A stretch of 64,000 bases of DNA from Lytechinus pictus (lineage: Eukaryota). Of the stretch, positions 39,647 through 53,361 are shown piece by piece (the first letter of the stretch is position 1; the number at the start of each line of letters is the position of its first letter). A program made the position numbers and the translations under genes. Location of the stretch: assembly GCF_037042905.1 (NCBI RefSeq), contig NC_087251.1, positions 5,644,001 through 5,708,000 of the forward strand, written 5' to 3'. The notes beneath the pieces are model-generated. The model saw only the letters and a list, made by a program, of their open reading frames with translations, was not told where the DNA came from and ran no database searches.

Positions 39647-40678
39647 ATGTATTATATGTATAATAAAGGAAAAACCTTGGGTGGGACAAGCTATCCATTT
39701 TCTATTATTATAACGATTAGTTTTTTTTTCTAATCCGGTACCTGTTTTTTTTCTAATAAAGAAATAGTGCTGGAATATGCAGTTATGATAGTGGAAAAAA
39801 TTCACGTTCAGAAATTAAAGACTACACAATTTTATTTTTGTTAATTATTATTATGATAAGATATGTCACCGCAATCCGTCTTTCATGAAAGTCAAGTCAA
39901 TAAGGATGGTTTATAACTTTCGATTGAGACACGATGTAAGGAATTATTATAGAATACAATGTATTTGAATAGAAATGATAAAATCATTCACTTAGGTTAT
40001 CAGTTGCTATTTGGTCTCCTATGTCATGTCGTGAACAGACGTTAACTCAATGTTCGTTAACACCTGTTCTTGTGAAATATCGCGCCAGGAAAGTGTCCCA
40101 TTGTTTCGAAATGACGTTCAATTTACGTCAAGAGATAGGAGTGTGGTCTCTTTCATGACTCATCAATGCTATTAGCGCCGTTTTTATTTGTAGATTAGTT
40201 CGCTTAGTTTAATGGATTGATAGAGCACACATTTTTCATGTTCACCTCCGTGATTTCAAATCGTCTAATGCAGTTTGTCCTGACCAGAATGATTACGAAA
40301 GATCACGAAAGAGGAAAAGGGAAATTAACAATTAAGATATCAGTATGCAAAGCTTCAAGTTTTTGTTTTATGTAATGGTGTATGTTTTATATGTAATGAT
40401 ACCAATGACAATGAAAAGTGAGCAACAAAAACTAAATGGATGTTGATTTTCTTATACTTTGATACAAATTTGAAGCATTCAAACAATCATTTAGGCCAGG
40501 GTTCATCCAGACCATACCGCGATCACTGCAGATGAATATCAATAAACTATTTTGAAAATTAAGGAAGCAATGTTCCAAATGTCTGCTATTCAACATCAAA
40601 GAAATCTAATACCAAAATAATATTGAATAAGTACATCCTACATGCATCCTTACTACTAGTATTCTTTATTACAGCGTA

Positions 40679-40947
40679 CAGGGTCCCGTCTTACAAAAAG
40701 TTACGATTGATCCAATCAACCACAACTATGGAAAGCCAGCAACATCAACATCTAAAAAACATGTTTGTTCAAAAAACATTTCTATAGGTATGACGTATAT
40801 TCATACATTCACAGTTTTCTTAAAAATTCAGTTTGATTCTCTTTGTTTTTTAAAGGACATTCTGCAAATTTACTAATGACATCGATGGATTTCCATATAC
40901 TTGAGATTGATCGGATCAATCGTAACTCTTTGTAAGACGGGGCTCTG
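40679..40947. mobile_element. Harbinger-like MITE with ~40-bp TIRs
   Basis: CCCGTCTTACAAAAAGTTACGATTGATCCAATCAA versus TTGATCGGATCAATCGTAACTCTTTGTAAGACGGG. Confidence 0.75.
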
Positions 40948-42497
40948 GTCTACCACTAATTGATACAGCTACTTTCAACTTTAAACAAAGTTACATGATA
41001 ATGACGCAGATTTCAACAACTCAAATTATGCCTTTCTAACTAGAAACTTTGAAACAATGAAATATGATGGTATGGTTACACCAACGTCCTACCTCTACCT
41101 AAAAAAGGACTATTGATCCATTTGCCATTACTCTGTGTGTCAAATTATGACCCTGTTATATGATCATTTTTCTACAGGCAGAGACAAAGGGATGACAATC
41201 CAAGCCTTGTTGATTGGCTAACTATCACGAGCACGTGACCGGGTAAGCTGACGTATCATATTGACACTGGCCTCAAATCAAACGATCATATTCGCCCAGC
41301 TTGCCAATGCCAGTGTTCCTTGATACATGCATATTTCAGATAACAGCCGCGGACAGGACAGGTAACTGGGTTTCTTTGCAATTATTAGTGTTAATGACCG
41401 ACTATAAGAAAGGTTGTCACAACCAAGGGTCTTTAGTTGTAGTCGTTTGTTTAGGGATATGCTTACGATAAGAAAAAAAAGGGAATAAATGAATGAATCC
41501 CAGTAAGTGTTAATGAAATAATTAAGAAAGTATATTCATAGGTTGAGGTGACGCAGGGTCGGATTGATAAGGGGGGGGGGGTAAATTTTGTTTGTAAATA
41601 AAAGAAAGCGTGAGCAGCTTTTAACCAGATACATCTGTAATTATAATACAACAAAGTATGCACAATAATAAGGTTAAGCAGGGGAGCTGCAACAGAAATT
41701 GGCAACACACTCTTGAAATCTAGGCAAATATGAAATACGATTTAGATATAAGTCATGTTTGTATAGCCACACATTCAGACATGATTTAGATATAAGTCAT
41801 GCCAGTATAGCTACACATTTTGACCTAGTTGTGGAAAAAAAGCTAAAAATAGTTTAAGGGTTACTGTCATAGAGTCAGTTTAGCCATAACGAATACCTTC
41901 GACAATAAAAATTGTAAAAGCTAGAACACACCTTCCGCTTTTCCCCTCATATATTATTCTATATCCCTTTTTGATATTTTTGGGTCATGTTTTCTCATAT
42001 TTTCATATCTTCTTTCTGTCTCCAATCTCTCCCCCCATCTCACCCACACCCCCCCCCCCTTCACCCTTTCTTTCCAAATAGCAGCTTATACTTACTTAGG
42101 GATTGTCAACATTTTTAATACCCTTACCTGTTTCATTCTCAAAACATTTAGCAATTTGATAACACTGTTAGCGACTTTTAAAACAGCTATTTGTTTGATA
42201 TAGTTTCTGTTGTATCTTCAGTGTGGTTGCACTATTTTAATTCGGGTCAAACTAGGCGGTATCTGGGTTGTATGACTCTCGAAGCCCCCCCCCCCACTCA
42301 GTTCTTCCATTGCCCCAAGGTAGTTCATAAGTGCAGACCTCGTATCCTCTTATATGAAAGAAAGAAAATATAAACTAAGAGAGTAGGCTACTTCAAAGAA
42401 TGAAAGTTAACAATCAAAGGCACCTAAAGTATTATATACACTAACATGTTTTCTGCTTTAAAGATTAGAGACAAAGAAAGAGAGGGGCAAGGAAGTG

Positions 42498-42713
42498 TGG
42501 TGGCGTATTGAGCCAAAAATTTTAAGGGGCGTTTTGGGCAAAATATATACAAAGTTGCGCGCGAGCAAAAATTTCGACATTTTTACTGCTGAAATCAAAT
42601 TTTATGATATATTTCGATATTTCACCCTTTCCTTTTCTTTCCTTTCCTCTTTTTTTCTTGGTCGTGAATTTTTTTTTTCCGGGGGCAAGACCCACCCCAT
42701 CTGTACACCACTG
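42498..42713. mobile_element. Degenerate hAT-like MITE
   Basis: Termini TGGTGGCGTA / TACACCACTG. Flanks AGGAAGTG and GGGAAGGG (6/8). Confidence 0.45.
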
Positions 42714-43542
42714 GGGAAGGGGAGCGGGTGAGAGGAAGAATGGAAGAGAGGGGCAAGAAAGAAAGGGAGAGTGGGCAAGAAAGAAAGGGAGAGTGGGGAA
42801 GAAAGAGAGAGAGTGGGAAAGAAGAAAACCGAGAGAGAGAGGGGAGGGAGGGTCACAGAAATAGACTTTGCAATGGCGGTTCTTGAGAAAGTGCATTTAG
42901 AAAAAAATAGTTCGTGCGATAAGGTATTTTGTTATCAACCAGCACTTATGCCATGCGACATTAAATGACAAATACATCTTGTCCATCGACGACAAGAGTA
43001 TACCTAGCAACGGTATACAGACCTTAATGAGGCGCCTTTAACAACAACGTCACCATAGTAACAGCGAGGTTATAAAAGTGCAACTGTTGGAATTAACATC
43101 GAGTGTTTTACCAGTCCATTATATATTCACTATAATTTATGCTTCCATTTTAGCGATTTTTTTTTCGTTCATATTTTCTCATTGCATTTTATCATTCAAA
43201 TAAATTGTTATCAATTTTCATTATCTTTCATAATTTATTTTTTGCGTTACACTGTAAAAAAAAAGGTGTTTCTTCTTTGTTTAAATGATCAAAGTACATC
43301 TTCACTTACGGCTTAAATAGTCAATTTTTACTCTAAAGCCGTAAAAAAAATTACCAAAAAGAGCATCTGCATACACTTAATTAGACAATCGTTTTATAAA
43401 CGCAAAATCGTTTACAGCAATTATCCTGATTATTTTTGTACATGTAGAAATCCATCGCTTTGATCGCTTTTGAGCGAATTGATTACACTAAAGCACATCC
43501 AATGTAATGTAATCCATGATTCATACAAAATCTAAAGTATAT

Positions 43543-43584
<42 letters not shown>

Positions 43585-43636
43585 CACAAATAGTTTAGTA
43601 AATGCCGTAGAAATAAAATCGTAGATTTAAAAAAAA

Positions 43637-43947
<311 letters not shown>

Positions 43948-45098
43948 ACTACCCAAACCCTGTTTACTATTTTAAAATGCCCAGGCTACTTCACATGTCC
44001 CCCTTTGCTCCCCCAGCCCCCTCACAAAAATCCCTTTTTACAGAGGGCATGTGGCCTACTTTAATCAATCTCATCGTCGCCATTAAAACAATTAATAGTT
44101 AGAGAGCGTCGTATCAATCATTATGAAAGTGAATCGGTTATGATCGATTGCTTGAGACGGTTTCAAATCTAGATCTTGGCAACATTATTGTTATTGCTAA
44201 AATAAGTAGAATAGTAAGAAATTTGTTAAAGGTTTCACTGCTTGCCATAGTTGGGGAGTGACAAGACTAAGGATTTAAAGGCGCCAAGACCCTAATTTAA
44301 TTGTCATAAACAGATTAAAAACAAACAAGCAAACTAGCCAATCTTTCATATTTGTTGGATTGAAAATACTAAAATTATGGCCATCTGAACTAAAAGAAAT
44401 CATGCTTATAGGTAAACTAAGTTGTCCAGGGATGACATTTGCTTAAGCTTTATCAATTGCATTTTGGCATATAAAATTACATTTGTTCAAATTCATTAAG
44501 ACTATGTTTTTCCTGTGACTGATTTGAAATATTAAGGTAAAATGTTAATAATGAATCAATGTTTAATTGATTTTCCCTTTTGACTTATGCGATTTTCTTT
44601 TTTAATGTCTTTAAAGCCTTGTATTTCTTACTTTGTTTGTATTTGTAGTTTCTATGTTACAAAATAGATTGATAAGTTGAATTGCCTCTATAATATCAGT
44701 TTATAATGACCAGTGCCGCCTGAATGTCGATGCGAGAGCGTTTGATAATTATGAATGGATATTAACGAAAGTATAGTAACCACAAATTACAATCTACCAT
44801 AGAAACATTAATTGTTTATCAAGCTATCTCATCTTGAAAACTTCTTTTATGTAATCAAGTTTTAATAAATGACTGGGATACGGGCATTCATCGAAGGTAA
44901 ATCTCAGAGATCGCTCCAACAGTATAAATGTGATAAATATTGTTTGTTTTACAATCCTTAGGAACGAAGGGTAGAGTCATCCCGTGATATAAATTATCTT
45001 TTTATGATGAATATAAAGTAACAATAAAGTAAATTCATTTATTCATTCTCGTGGATGTAACAAATTGAGTTTTTCATCGTATCCATCAATATTGAGTG

Positions 45099-45209
45099 CT
45101 TGATATGAATTGTCTTTACATTATTCACCGTTTTCTTGATATGAATTGTCTTTACATTATTCACCGTTTTCTTGATATGAATTGTCTTTACATTATTCAC
45201 CGTTTTCTT
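45099..45209. repeat. 36-bp tandem repeat x3
   Basis: CTTGATATGAATTGTCTTTACATTATTCACCGTTTT x3, identical copies. Confidence 0.92.
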
Positions 45210-45724
45210 AGAATAAGATATAATCAATACTATTTTATATTTATATCTTTGCGATCTGATGAACTTTTCCAGTTGCTTCATTTGTAATAATTTTTTCCTC
45301 CTTGAAGTCATAATCTCACTTTGATTTATTTAACCATAATGACCCAGGGTGGGGTGCTGAAGTAAATTTGACAAGCAAAAAAAAATTTAAAAAAAGGTTT
45401 CAACACAAACTATTTGCTATTTTCCTTACATTTCTCTAATTTGCCACACCTACCAGAATGCCAGGGGTGCTCCCAGTACCATGTATGACCTTAAAATCAT
45501 AAAATGAAAAGATGTTGGTTTAAGGTGATATATACAAATTGTTGCAGAAATGTGAGTATTTACTTTTCATAAGTTTGTGCAAATGCTAGTTTTAACATTT
45601 AACTTTTAACTTATTTTCTATTAAATCTGTGTTTAAAACTTTCAGTTGTTGTAATTCTATTATCCCCAAATCATATAACATCGATAATTGAGAAGGGTTT
45701 CAAAGCGGTGTAAAATAATATTAT

Positions 45725-45838
45725 CAGTGGCGGACCGTGACCCGGAAGAGACAGAGCATTGGAGGGGCACGGCATTGTTCACAGACAATATAGTGCCCCT
45801 CCAATGATTTGTCTCCTCCGGGTCACGGTCCGCTACTG
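45725..45838. mobile_element. Minimal hAT-like hairpin MITE, 114 bp
   Basis: 46-bp TIRs CAGTGGCGGACCGTGACCCGG...GGAGGGGCAC around a 22-nt loop. Perfect 8-bp TSD AATATTAT (45717-45724, 45839-45846). Confidence 0.9.
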
Positions 45839-48800
45839 AATATTATCCCCAAAACATTATGTAATGATTTGAGTATTTTGTTTTAAGAAAACTTCTGAGA
45901 ATTACGCTCTTTCTCTTTTATCCCTACTTTCCAGTCTCCCCTTGGTGATACTGAGATTTTACGACCTTCTTTAGATTGTCTCGTGGTCAGTCATGAATGC
46001 AAAGATCCATATGAAAATGATACCAAAAGGTGCAGCGAGCATAACCCTACCAGGACATATTGAGGTTCAAACTTCAGAAAAGAAAACTTTAAAATTGATG
46101 GGACATATTTTCTGACCCACTCTGTAGTTCTACTTGAATATAATTTAGTTTACTATGTCTCTTTCTCGTTCACATTTAGTGACATAATATCCGAAATCGT
46201 CAACTAAGATGATATTCTTTTCTTTGTCCGCTCTTCAACCCTTCATAGAGCTGAATCATTTGTCAGGACTATCATCCTAATAATAACCAAACCAAAGTGG
46301 CATGAGGCCAAGTAAGGCGTTGTCATGATTTAATGATTCATTACTTCAGTAAACAAAGACTATTCAAGTGGTGTGTTTTAATTGCATGAAGCAGCGTCTA
46401 CATGTCGATCATTCCACTTATAAATCTAATTAAACACCATGATAAGGGTTGTTATAATGTATCGCACACCGTGTGAGAAGTTCAAGGATGAACATGAGAT
46501 GTGATATAAGTATCTGGTACCCTTGTCGTGTGATTGTTACGTAATAGCTAGGTTTGGGTGAGAGAGTGGATTGGATGAATGATCTAGATAAGATGTGAAC
46601 CAGGTTGGGTCATAATTTCAAATGATTTTAGGTCGGGTTAAAAGTAAGCGATGTCGATTATAATTATTTTCCATGGAGTTCTGTTGTTTCCGACCATCCA
46701 TAAACAGGATCAAAGGGTTGGAGAGTGAAAGAAAAGAAGATCAAGAATCTGGATTTAATAACAAACACAATTTCATTAGAAATTAATCACAAAAAGTCTA
46801 TCTATAAAACGAATGCAGTTTTGTGAATGAGAATAAACAGGGGAATTATAGATTTGTAAAAAAATGGATATAACCCTGCTCCGGTATTATACTGAGTAAT
46901 TATCACTGGTGGTTGGCTTTATCTAGTGACATGAAGAAAAGACTTCCAGCTTACTACGTCAACACGAGTAATATTCTACTTTGTTTCCATTTCTGATTCA
47001 AGTAATGCCAAAGCAATAACATTGGGGCTATACTGTCCCTTTTTAAGGTTCACAATACAACTAAGATACAATCGGGTCAAAGGATTTAGCTAAATTATTA
47101 TCTAGTTCATTCAAATCTTATTGATTTCTACAGAAAATAATGCCTTTATCAGTTTGTCTGGGTCTCATATTCGTCATCGTAGTTCTAAATTGCTACAGAT
47201 ACAATTGTGTTGTTTTCTCATTTACATGTATAACACATAGCCCTAGGAAGCGGGGGTGCTGGGGGTGAAGCACCCCCCAAACAATTATTGGGGGTACTGC
47301 GCATATTATTCTCCACAGGCAGCACCCCCAGGTATTCTGGAAGATGTGCAAAACTGGAAAAATAAAATCAAAATGACCTTAATTCTTTAGTGAAAAAAAA
47401 AATGTTTAAATAAAACTGAAATGATTTAAATAACTAAATAAAATCATTAAGTAAAAACATATTCAGCTGGAAAAAAAATTATATAAAATGAAAATTGTTC
47501 GTATTATTTTGTTTTGGTTGTTATTTTCTCCAAATCATATGTGAATTACTAATTTAATTCAATTCAATTAATTTATTTCACTCGATAACAATAACATAAT
47601 ACATAAAAGTCTTGGCAAAAATGAGGGTAAAGTAAAGAAAACGACAATAATGTAAAAACAAACAACGAGTGTAGATGTACATGGTATTAAAGATCTTATA
47701 TATCTTGGTAGCTTTCCTCCAGAAAAGAAATGAGATGCTGGTTTCAATTCTTGTGAAGTCGTGATCTAGTTCTGAAGTGATCTACATTCTTCCAATGAAT
47801 TAAATTGCCAAGACAAAAACCGTATAGCAACAGCACTTCTACCGGAATTCATCTGCCTTGTGAATTTAAAGTTAAATGTTTGGTTCATTACTCACTGTGA
47901 ATGAAGAGAAAATGCACCTTTTTTTTCGTAATGAAAAATATCATTATCGAGGCATTTCCTCAGAAAATTCTATTTTATTGTCTTTTTTTCATATCCAAGT
48001 TTTTGTTTTCATTTTAATTTCATCGCTTGTATAAAAAAGTCGTATCTTAGTTTGTAATGTCGTCAATATTTCATCTTCTTCTGCCACAATTCTTTTTCTT
48101 TTCATAGTGAGTATACCATTTCCACCGAGGTAAATCAATCATGCACTAAATGAATTCTAATTCAAAATGCTTTACAACGATGTTAAATAATAATATGGAG
48201 GATGACATTAAACATGGTTAGTACGTTTATTGTCGTACGATTGGTCAAAAGTTAAACACGTTAAAAACTGCATTGCGCCGTGTGTCTTGTCTCATTAAAA
48301 CATTGATAACGTACACTGCCGAAACCTTAAATGGTGCAAAACTTTTTGTTCAATGAATATTTAGGTCAAGGTGTTTTTTTTTCGTTTAGTTCTTTAGATT
48401 TATTTGTGGTTTACTCATGCACACTGTCAACCGAAGACTTACACGCAAACTCCACATTTAAAACGAGGACGTCCTCGATTGCACACCATTGCAGATAGAC
48501 TCAAATCTCAAATTATGTCTAATTTTCTTTCCTTATTGTGCACACAAAACTTTTTATTAATCATGAGGAGGGTCGCTTACATGGGGCCATTGGGACAAAC
48601 GGGTCCTACGATTCTGTATTACATGCATTGTTCAGTTTGATTACTGTTATATTGTTTTTAATTATTTGTTCATGTAATCTTTATTTTGTTTATATTTATG
48701 CATTTTTAATCGTGAATAAAAACCAACCAAACAACAAACCTGACATGTTAAATTTGTTTGGAATCATATAGTATATGGCGCCGTGAAAAATGATGTAATT

Positions 48801-51800
48801 AGTCTTAACGCACCGTGTTAATGCCAATTACAGGAGGCAAGACTTGTCCGGGGGTGCAGGATCAGCATTGTCCAAGTGGGTTGGGCTTGAAAGTGGTTTT
48901 TGACCCTGATCAACGCGGGGAGGCCAAAATGCTATCCTGGAAGAGCATACGCGCAAGAATATCACTTCATTCGTTCATGGTACGCCGAAGGAAGCAGGTC
49001 ATATATTTGATAATCTGTATATCATATATTCTGACCTGTAAAAATATTTCTGGATCATAATAGAATATGGCGCCGTGAAAAAAAAATAATGCAAATCACC
49101 ATCTTTACCCACTTCTTCTTCACAACCCCCATCAAAGCCGCCACCACCACAATCATTTTCCTCATCACTATCTTTATTATACGATGATACTTCATAATTA
49201 CTTTCATTTTTAATATCGTCATTATCAACACAATTTGTGTGCAATTTATGGTGATTCCTTAAAAATAAAAGAACGAAAATAGAGCATCGTGTTGGTCAGG
49301 AAATCAATGTTTAATGTGTATTTGCTCCACATAAAGTCGAGTAGGTTTTTAATGATAATCAAATATATACCAGATGGTTTATAGGCCTATATACTGCTGT
49401 ATTTGGACATAATTAGAGAATAGATAATATTGCATTGTAAGGATTCACTCTGTTATCGTGAGTGAATTAAGGGTGACCATTTCTAATGTAAATAAAACAT
49501 CGTGCCCCCTCTTTATGTAAAATATTTACCATGTTTACTCTCACAGCTGCCATATGTTTTATGCAATATTCGATATCCGATCAAAACGCTCTCTTTCTCA
49601 AAAGTTCATCAAATAGCCATATATGCATAGACATGCTAGAGACATATTCTATACGGGTTTATAGGGATAAATTGCAAATAAAAGTACACTTTGAAAATAG
49701 GGCAAGATATCGACAGATATAAAGCGGGTATTAATACAAGAACACTGTTGAATAATTTATCCTTTAAGGTGGTACCTTCTTATTACTCTTTAAACAACAA
49801 ACTTTATGTCAGAGTGAACTTCCCCTTGAGAGGATTAGTCGCCTATAGTCATTGTATAACATTGTAATCATAAGAAGGGAATTTAAATGATTATAATTAT
49901 ATCATTCGTGTTGAAAATTTGAATCATCAGATTAAATGAACGCTGTGATCTAGAAAAGTTGTGATCTATAGTCTGATGGGTAAAATTTTCAATGAACAAG
50001 ACGAAATCTTTAAAGAAATGTACGTCACAGAATTTGTACTTTTTGTTTGTATAAAAAAATTGAATAAATTAGACATGAAGCTATCAACCAAACAATCAAA
50101 TGCGTAATCTTTAAAGTAGCTTTATCAGTGAAATACAAAATATTGTCATTTTTAACTTAATTTTCGTGAGAATAATAGCTCAATGCAAGTTACTTATCAA
50201 AACTTAAAAGCATTAAACTTTCTTTAAATATGAAATTATTATCCTCACTCCAACCGTCGGGTAGCAACTACCCGCCTTTCGTTTTTCCTCGTCAACAAGA
50301 AAACTCAGTACAAAAACATTTTGGGCGGTCACAACAAGAAAAGTGAGTCATCGGCAAGTGCAAACAGACGATTATAAATTTGATACTGTTAGTTTGGCGC
50401 GCTTTTGAGGAGCCCTTCCGCACATGAATGGTAATATTGATTTGTGGTTTCAACTGTAGTTATTGGTTGATTCGGTGAAGAAAAAAATGAATAAATAAAA
50501 ACAAAGGATCAAACAAACGTCTCCATGGGACAATCTTTACTGATTTGTAAAGGTTGAAATAGTGACAACCGGAAAGACAATGATCATTATAAGTGATATG
50601 TTGCGACCCGTAAGATTGAAAAAAGGGGAAGAAGAACAGAATGAAATGTAATCCGAACTGAATGGTTGTGTCTTAAACAGGAAGCGTTGTCATCAACTCC
50701 ACAGCAGCTTTATTTTTACCATCAAAAGGAATTGATTTGAGACGTGATTAATGTCATCCGCTTTATTAGAGCGTTCAATGTTTTAATTGTGAACTAATAA
50801 CCATGAAGTAAACCTTGAATGAGCATAATCGATCGATCCAAACATTGTCATCATAATATTACAGGAAATAAGAGACAAATGCAACAAAGAGACCATTTGT
50901 TATTTGGTTTCCCATTGAAAACGATAACATCTTAATCGCCTTTGTTGCCAATTCATCAAAGTTGCACTGGGACAAATATATGATATTTTTCGATCTTGGA
51001 TGATCTTTTAGTTGGTAACATTTACTAGAAACGAATCCATAAAGAGATTAATTGTGGGGAGAGGTTTCCCCGGAATTAAGAGCAAATGTCACCATTTATC
51101 TCCTATCATTTTGTATTTCAAGGCAATCTTTGTTGTTGAATACAAAAGATTACTCACAAAAAACCCTTTTAACAAAAATAGACACCTTACAACTAATATG
51201 AAATCTCCAAGCCCCCGTATTAGCCTTGACAGAAACAACTATAATTGAGATGAGGATAGTGCATCGTAAAAATCGATATTTCGATGCCATAGTTTAATTG
51301 TTAATCCAATGTTTTGTCTGTTTTTGTCCCCAATTTTCTTTTTTTTAAGTTTTTATTTTTCGTTTACATAATGTAGACCTATTTTCCCCTCCAAAATCGA
51401 TTGTTGTGCAAACCACAAGAAAGGGATCCGCTTATTCAAGATTGGCCAACTGCACGTGTGCGTTCTGCATCTTTCATCTCATCAAACTTTCGTCACCTTG
51501 TGCACGAACAATTAAAAGTTTCAACATTTTTTTTTTCTCTCTCTCTCTATATATATACACATCCTCTGTCTGTCTTTTATTATAATCATTATTCATTGTA
51601 TCATCCTTTATCTGTAGCTTTATGATATCCAATCACTAAATTCATATGATATGTGTTTAAAGGCCTTTAAAAAAAAAGAGCATCGCCAGGAGAGGGCGAT
51701 AAATATCTAAGATTTTAATATTTGAAATTTTCACAGAGAAAGTGGCTGTTGGATGAAAATTTAACAGCTCTATACTTCTGTAAGAATGGAATGTTAGACA

Positions 51801-52632
51801 ATACTTAATTATAATTCACATTATTGACCCTTACCAAAGCTAATGATGGGTTTTAAGCCTTGCATTATTTTCGTAAGACAGTGACACCATGAGGTGAAAA
51901 TGTCATCCATACCCCACTTTCTGTATCCTTTTTTTCTACATTGTAAACTACAATTGTTCTAATTTTCTGCGCTAAGGATATGAAAACAAGATTCTTAAAG
52001 TCTATTATCATTATTGAAGTAAGTTTGCTTGGTACATGGAAAACAAATTTCACTATTTATTCGAAATGGAAAACTGAAAAATAATTTTACTTTCTTATTC
52101 CACGACCGATTTTAAAATAACCTGCTCACTCTCTCTCTCTCTCTCTCTCTCTCCTTTCTACCCCTTTGATTTTCTATGGAGACATGTAGGCACTATTTGA
52201 CTGAAGGTTTATCAAATCATTCTATCGAATAATTTCAGCTTCCCTCTCCATGTTTTCTTTTTTCTGCCTCATGAATTATTAAAGTCGGTTGTGTTTGTCA
52301 TTGCTCTTTGAAGAGGTTCTGATGGCATCTTTGAAACTTTGCTGTCATGGCAACCCAGATAAACACGCTCCGACTTTCTTTAAACTTCATCGGCTTTTCT
52401 GTAAAATTCATTCGCTTGGCGGCCCATAACAACTTAAGTTGACGCGAAAAGCGGCGTATATGAACATGATGAAAGGAAGGATTCAGGCGGCGTTAATTTG
52501 AATGTGCCACAATTTTGCGGTGATTTGTGAGGACAGTACTTTTTTGTCAAAAGAATTAACATCGGGTTCCTTCATCAGTTACTCGTCATCATCGTCACGT
52601 GACGCTTTTAGCCTCACTTTACCCTTTCCTGT

Positions 52633-53359
52633 CAGTGGTGTAACAGGCGGGGGCACGATGCCCCCCCCCCCCTGGCGGATTTCACCGGGAAGATAAAAAA
52701 GGAAGGGACAGAAAGAAAGAAGATAAATAGGGAAAATGGAAGGAAAGCGGGAAGAGTAAGGAACGAACATGACTGTGAGAAAGTACAAAAACATCATGAA
52801 ATACTAATACATTAGCATGATTAGCAAGAGAGGGATATAAAATCAAAAGATATGACTCAATGGCACGGGCTAGAACGGCGGGAAAATGGGAATAAGAGGC
52901 AAAAAGAAACGGGAATGAAGGTAGAGCCAAAAGCTAAATTGAAAAATCAGAATATAGAGTAAAGAGACAAGAAAAAAAGAAAACAACTTAATAACACCAC
53001 CGGGCTGCCGAGGATTGAAAAATAAAAAGAATGGGAAGAAAGGTGGATGGCGTCTATTATAAGCTTGCTAAATTTTATGCAATTAAGACAAAAAAACTCT
53101 TAGCCAAGGGGCAAGGGCTAGTAATATCCCACTATGTCCTAACCTATAAGTAAAGCTTTACGCAGGCTAGATTTACCGTATAATGCTTACTTTGGCTAAA
53201 TTTCCAAAGCTACTATCACATAAGTAGAATTTCATTTCAAAATCAGTTTAAAAGGCCAAATTTTTCTGGTTCTCTGCGCTCGCTGGCGACTTTTTACAAG
53301 TTCTACCACATTTGCTATGCTGTGCTGCCTCAAAATATTTCGTTGAATATCCGCAACTG
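52633..53359. mobile_element. hAT-like non-autonomous element or fragment
   Basis: Start CAGTGGTGTAAC, poly-C, purine-rich body and TGCGCTCGCT motif. Possible eroded end CCGCAACTG. TSD not found. Confidence 0.45.
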
Positions 53360-53361
53360 CT

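Noticed and set aside
41738..41825. Imperfect 44-bp tandem duplication
   Set aside because: Ordinary local duplication with no further structure.
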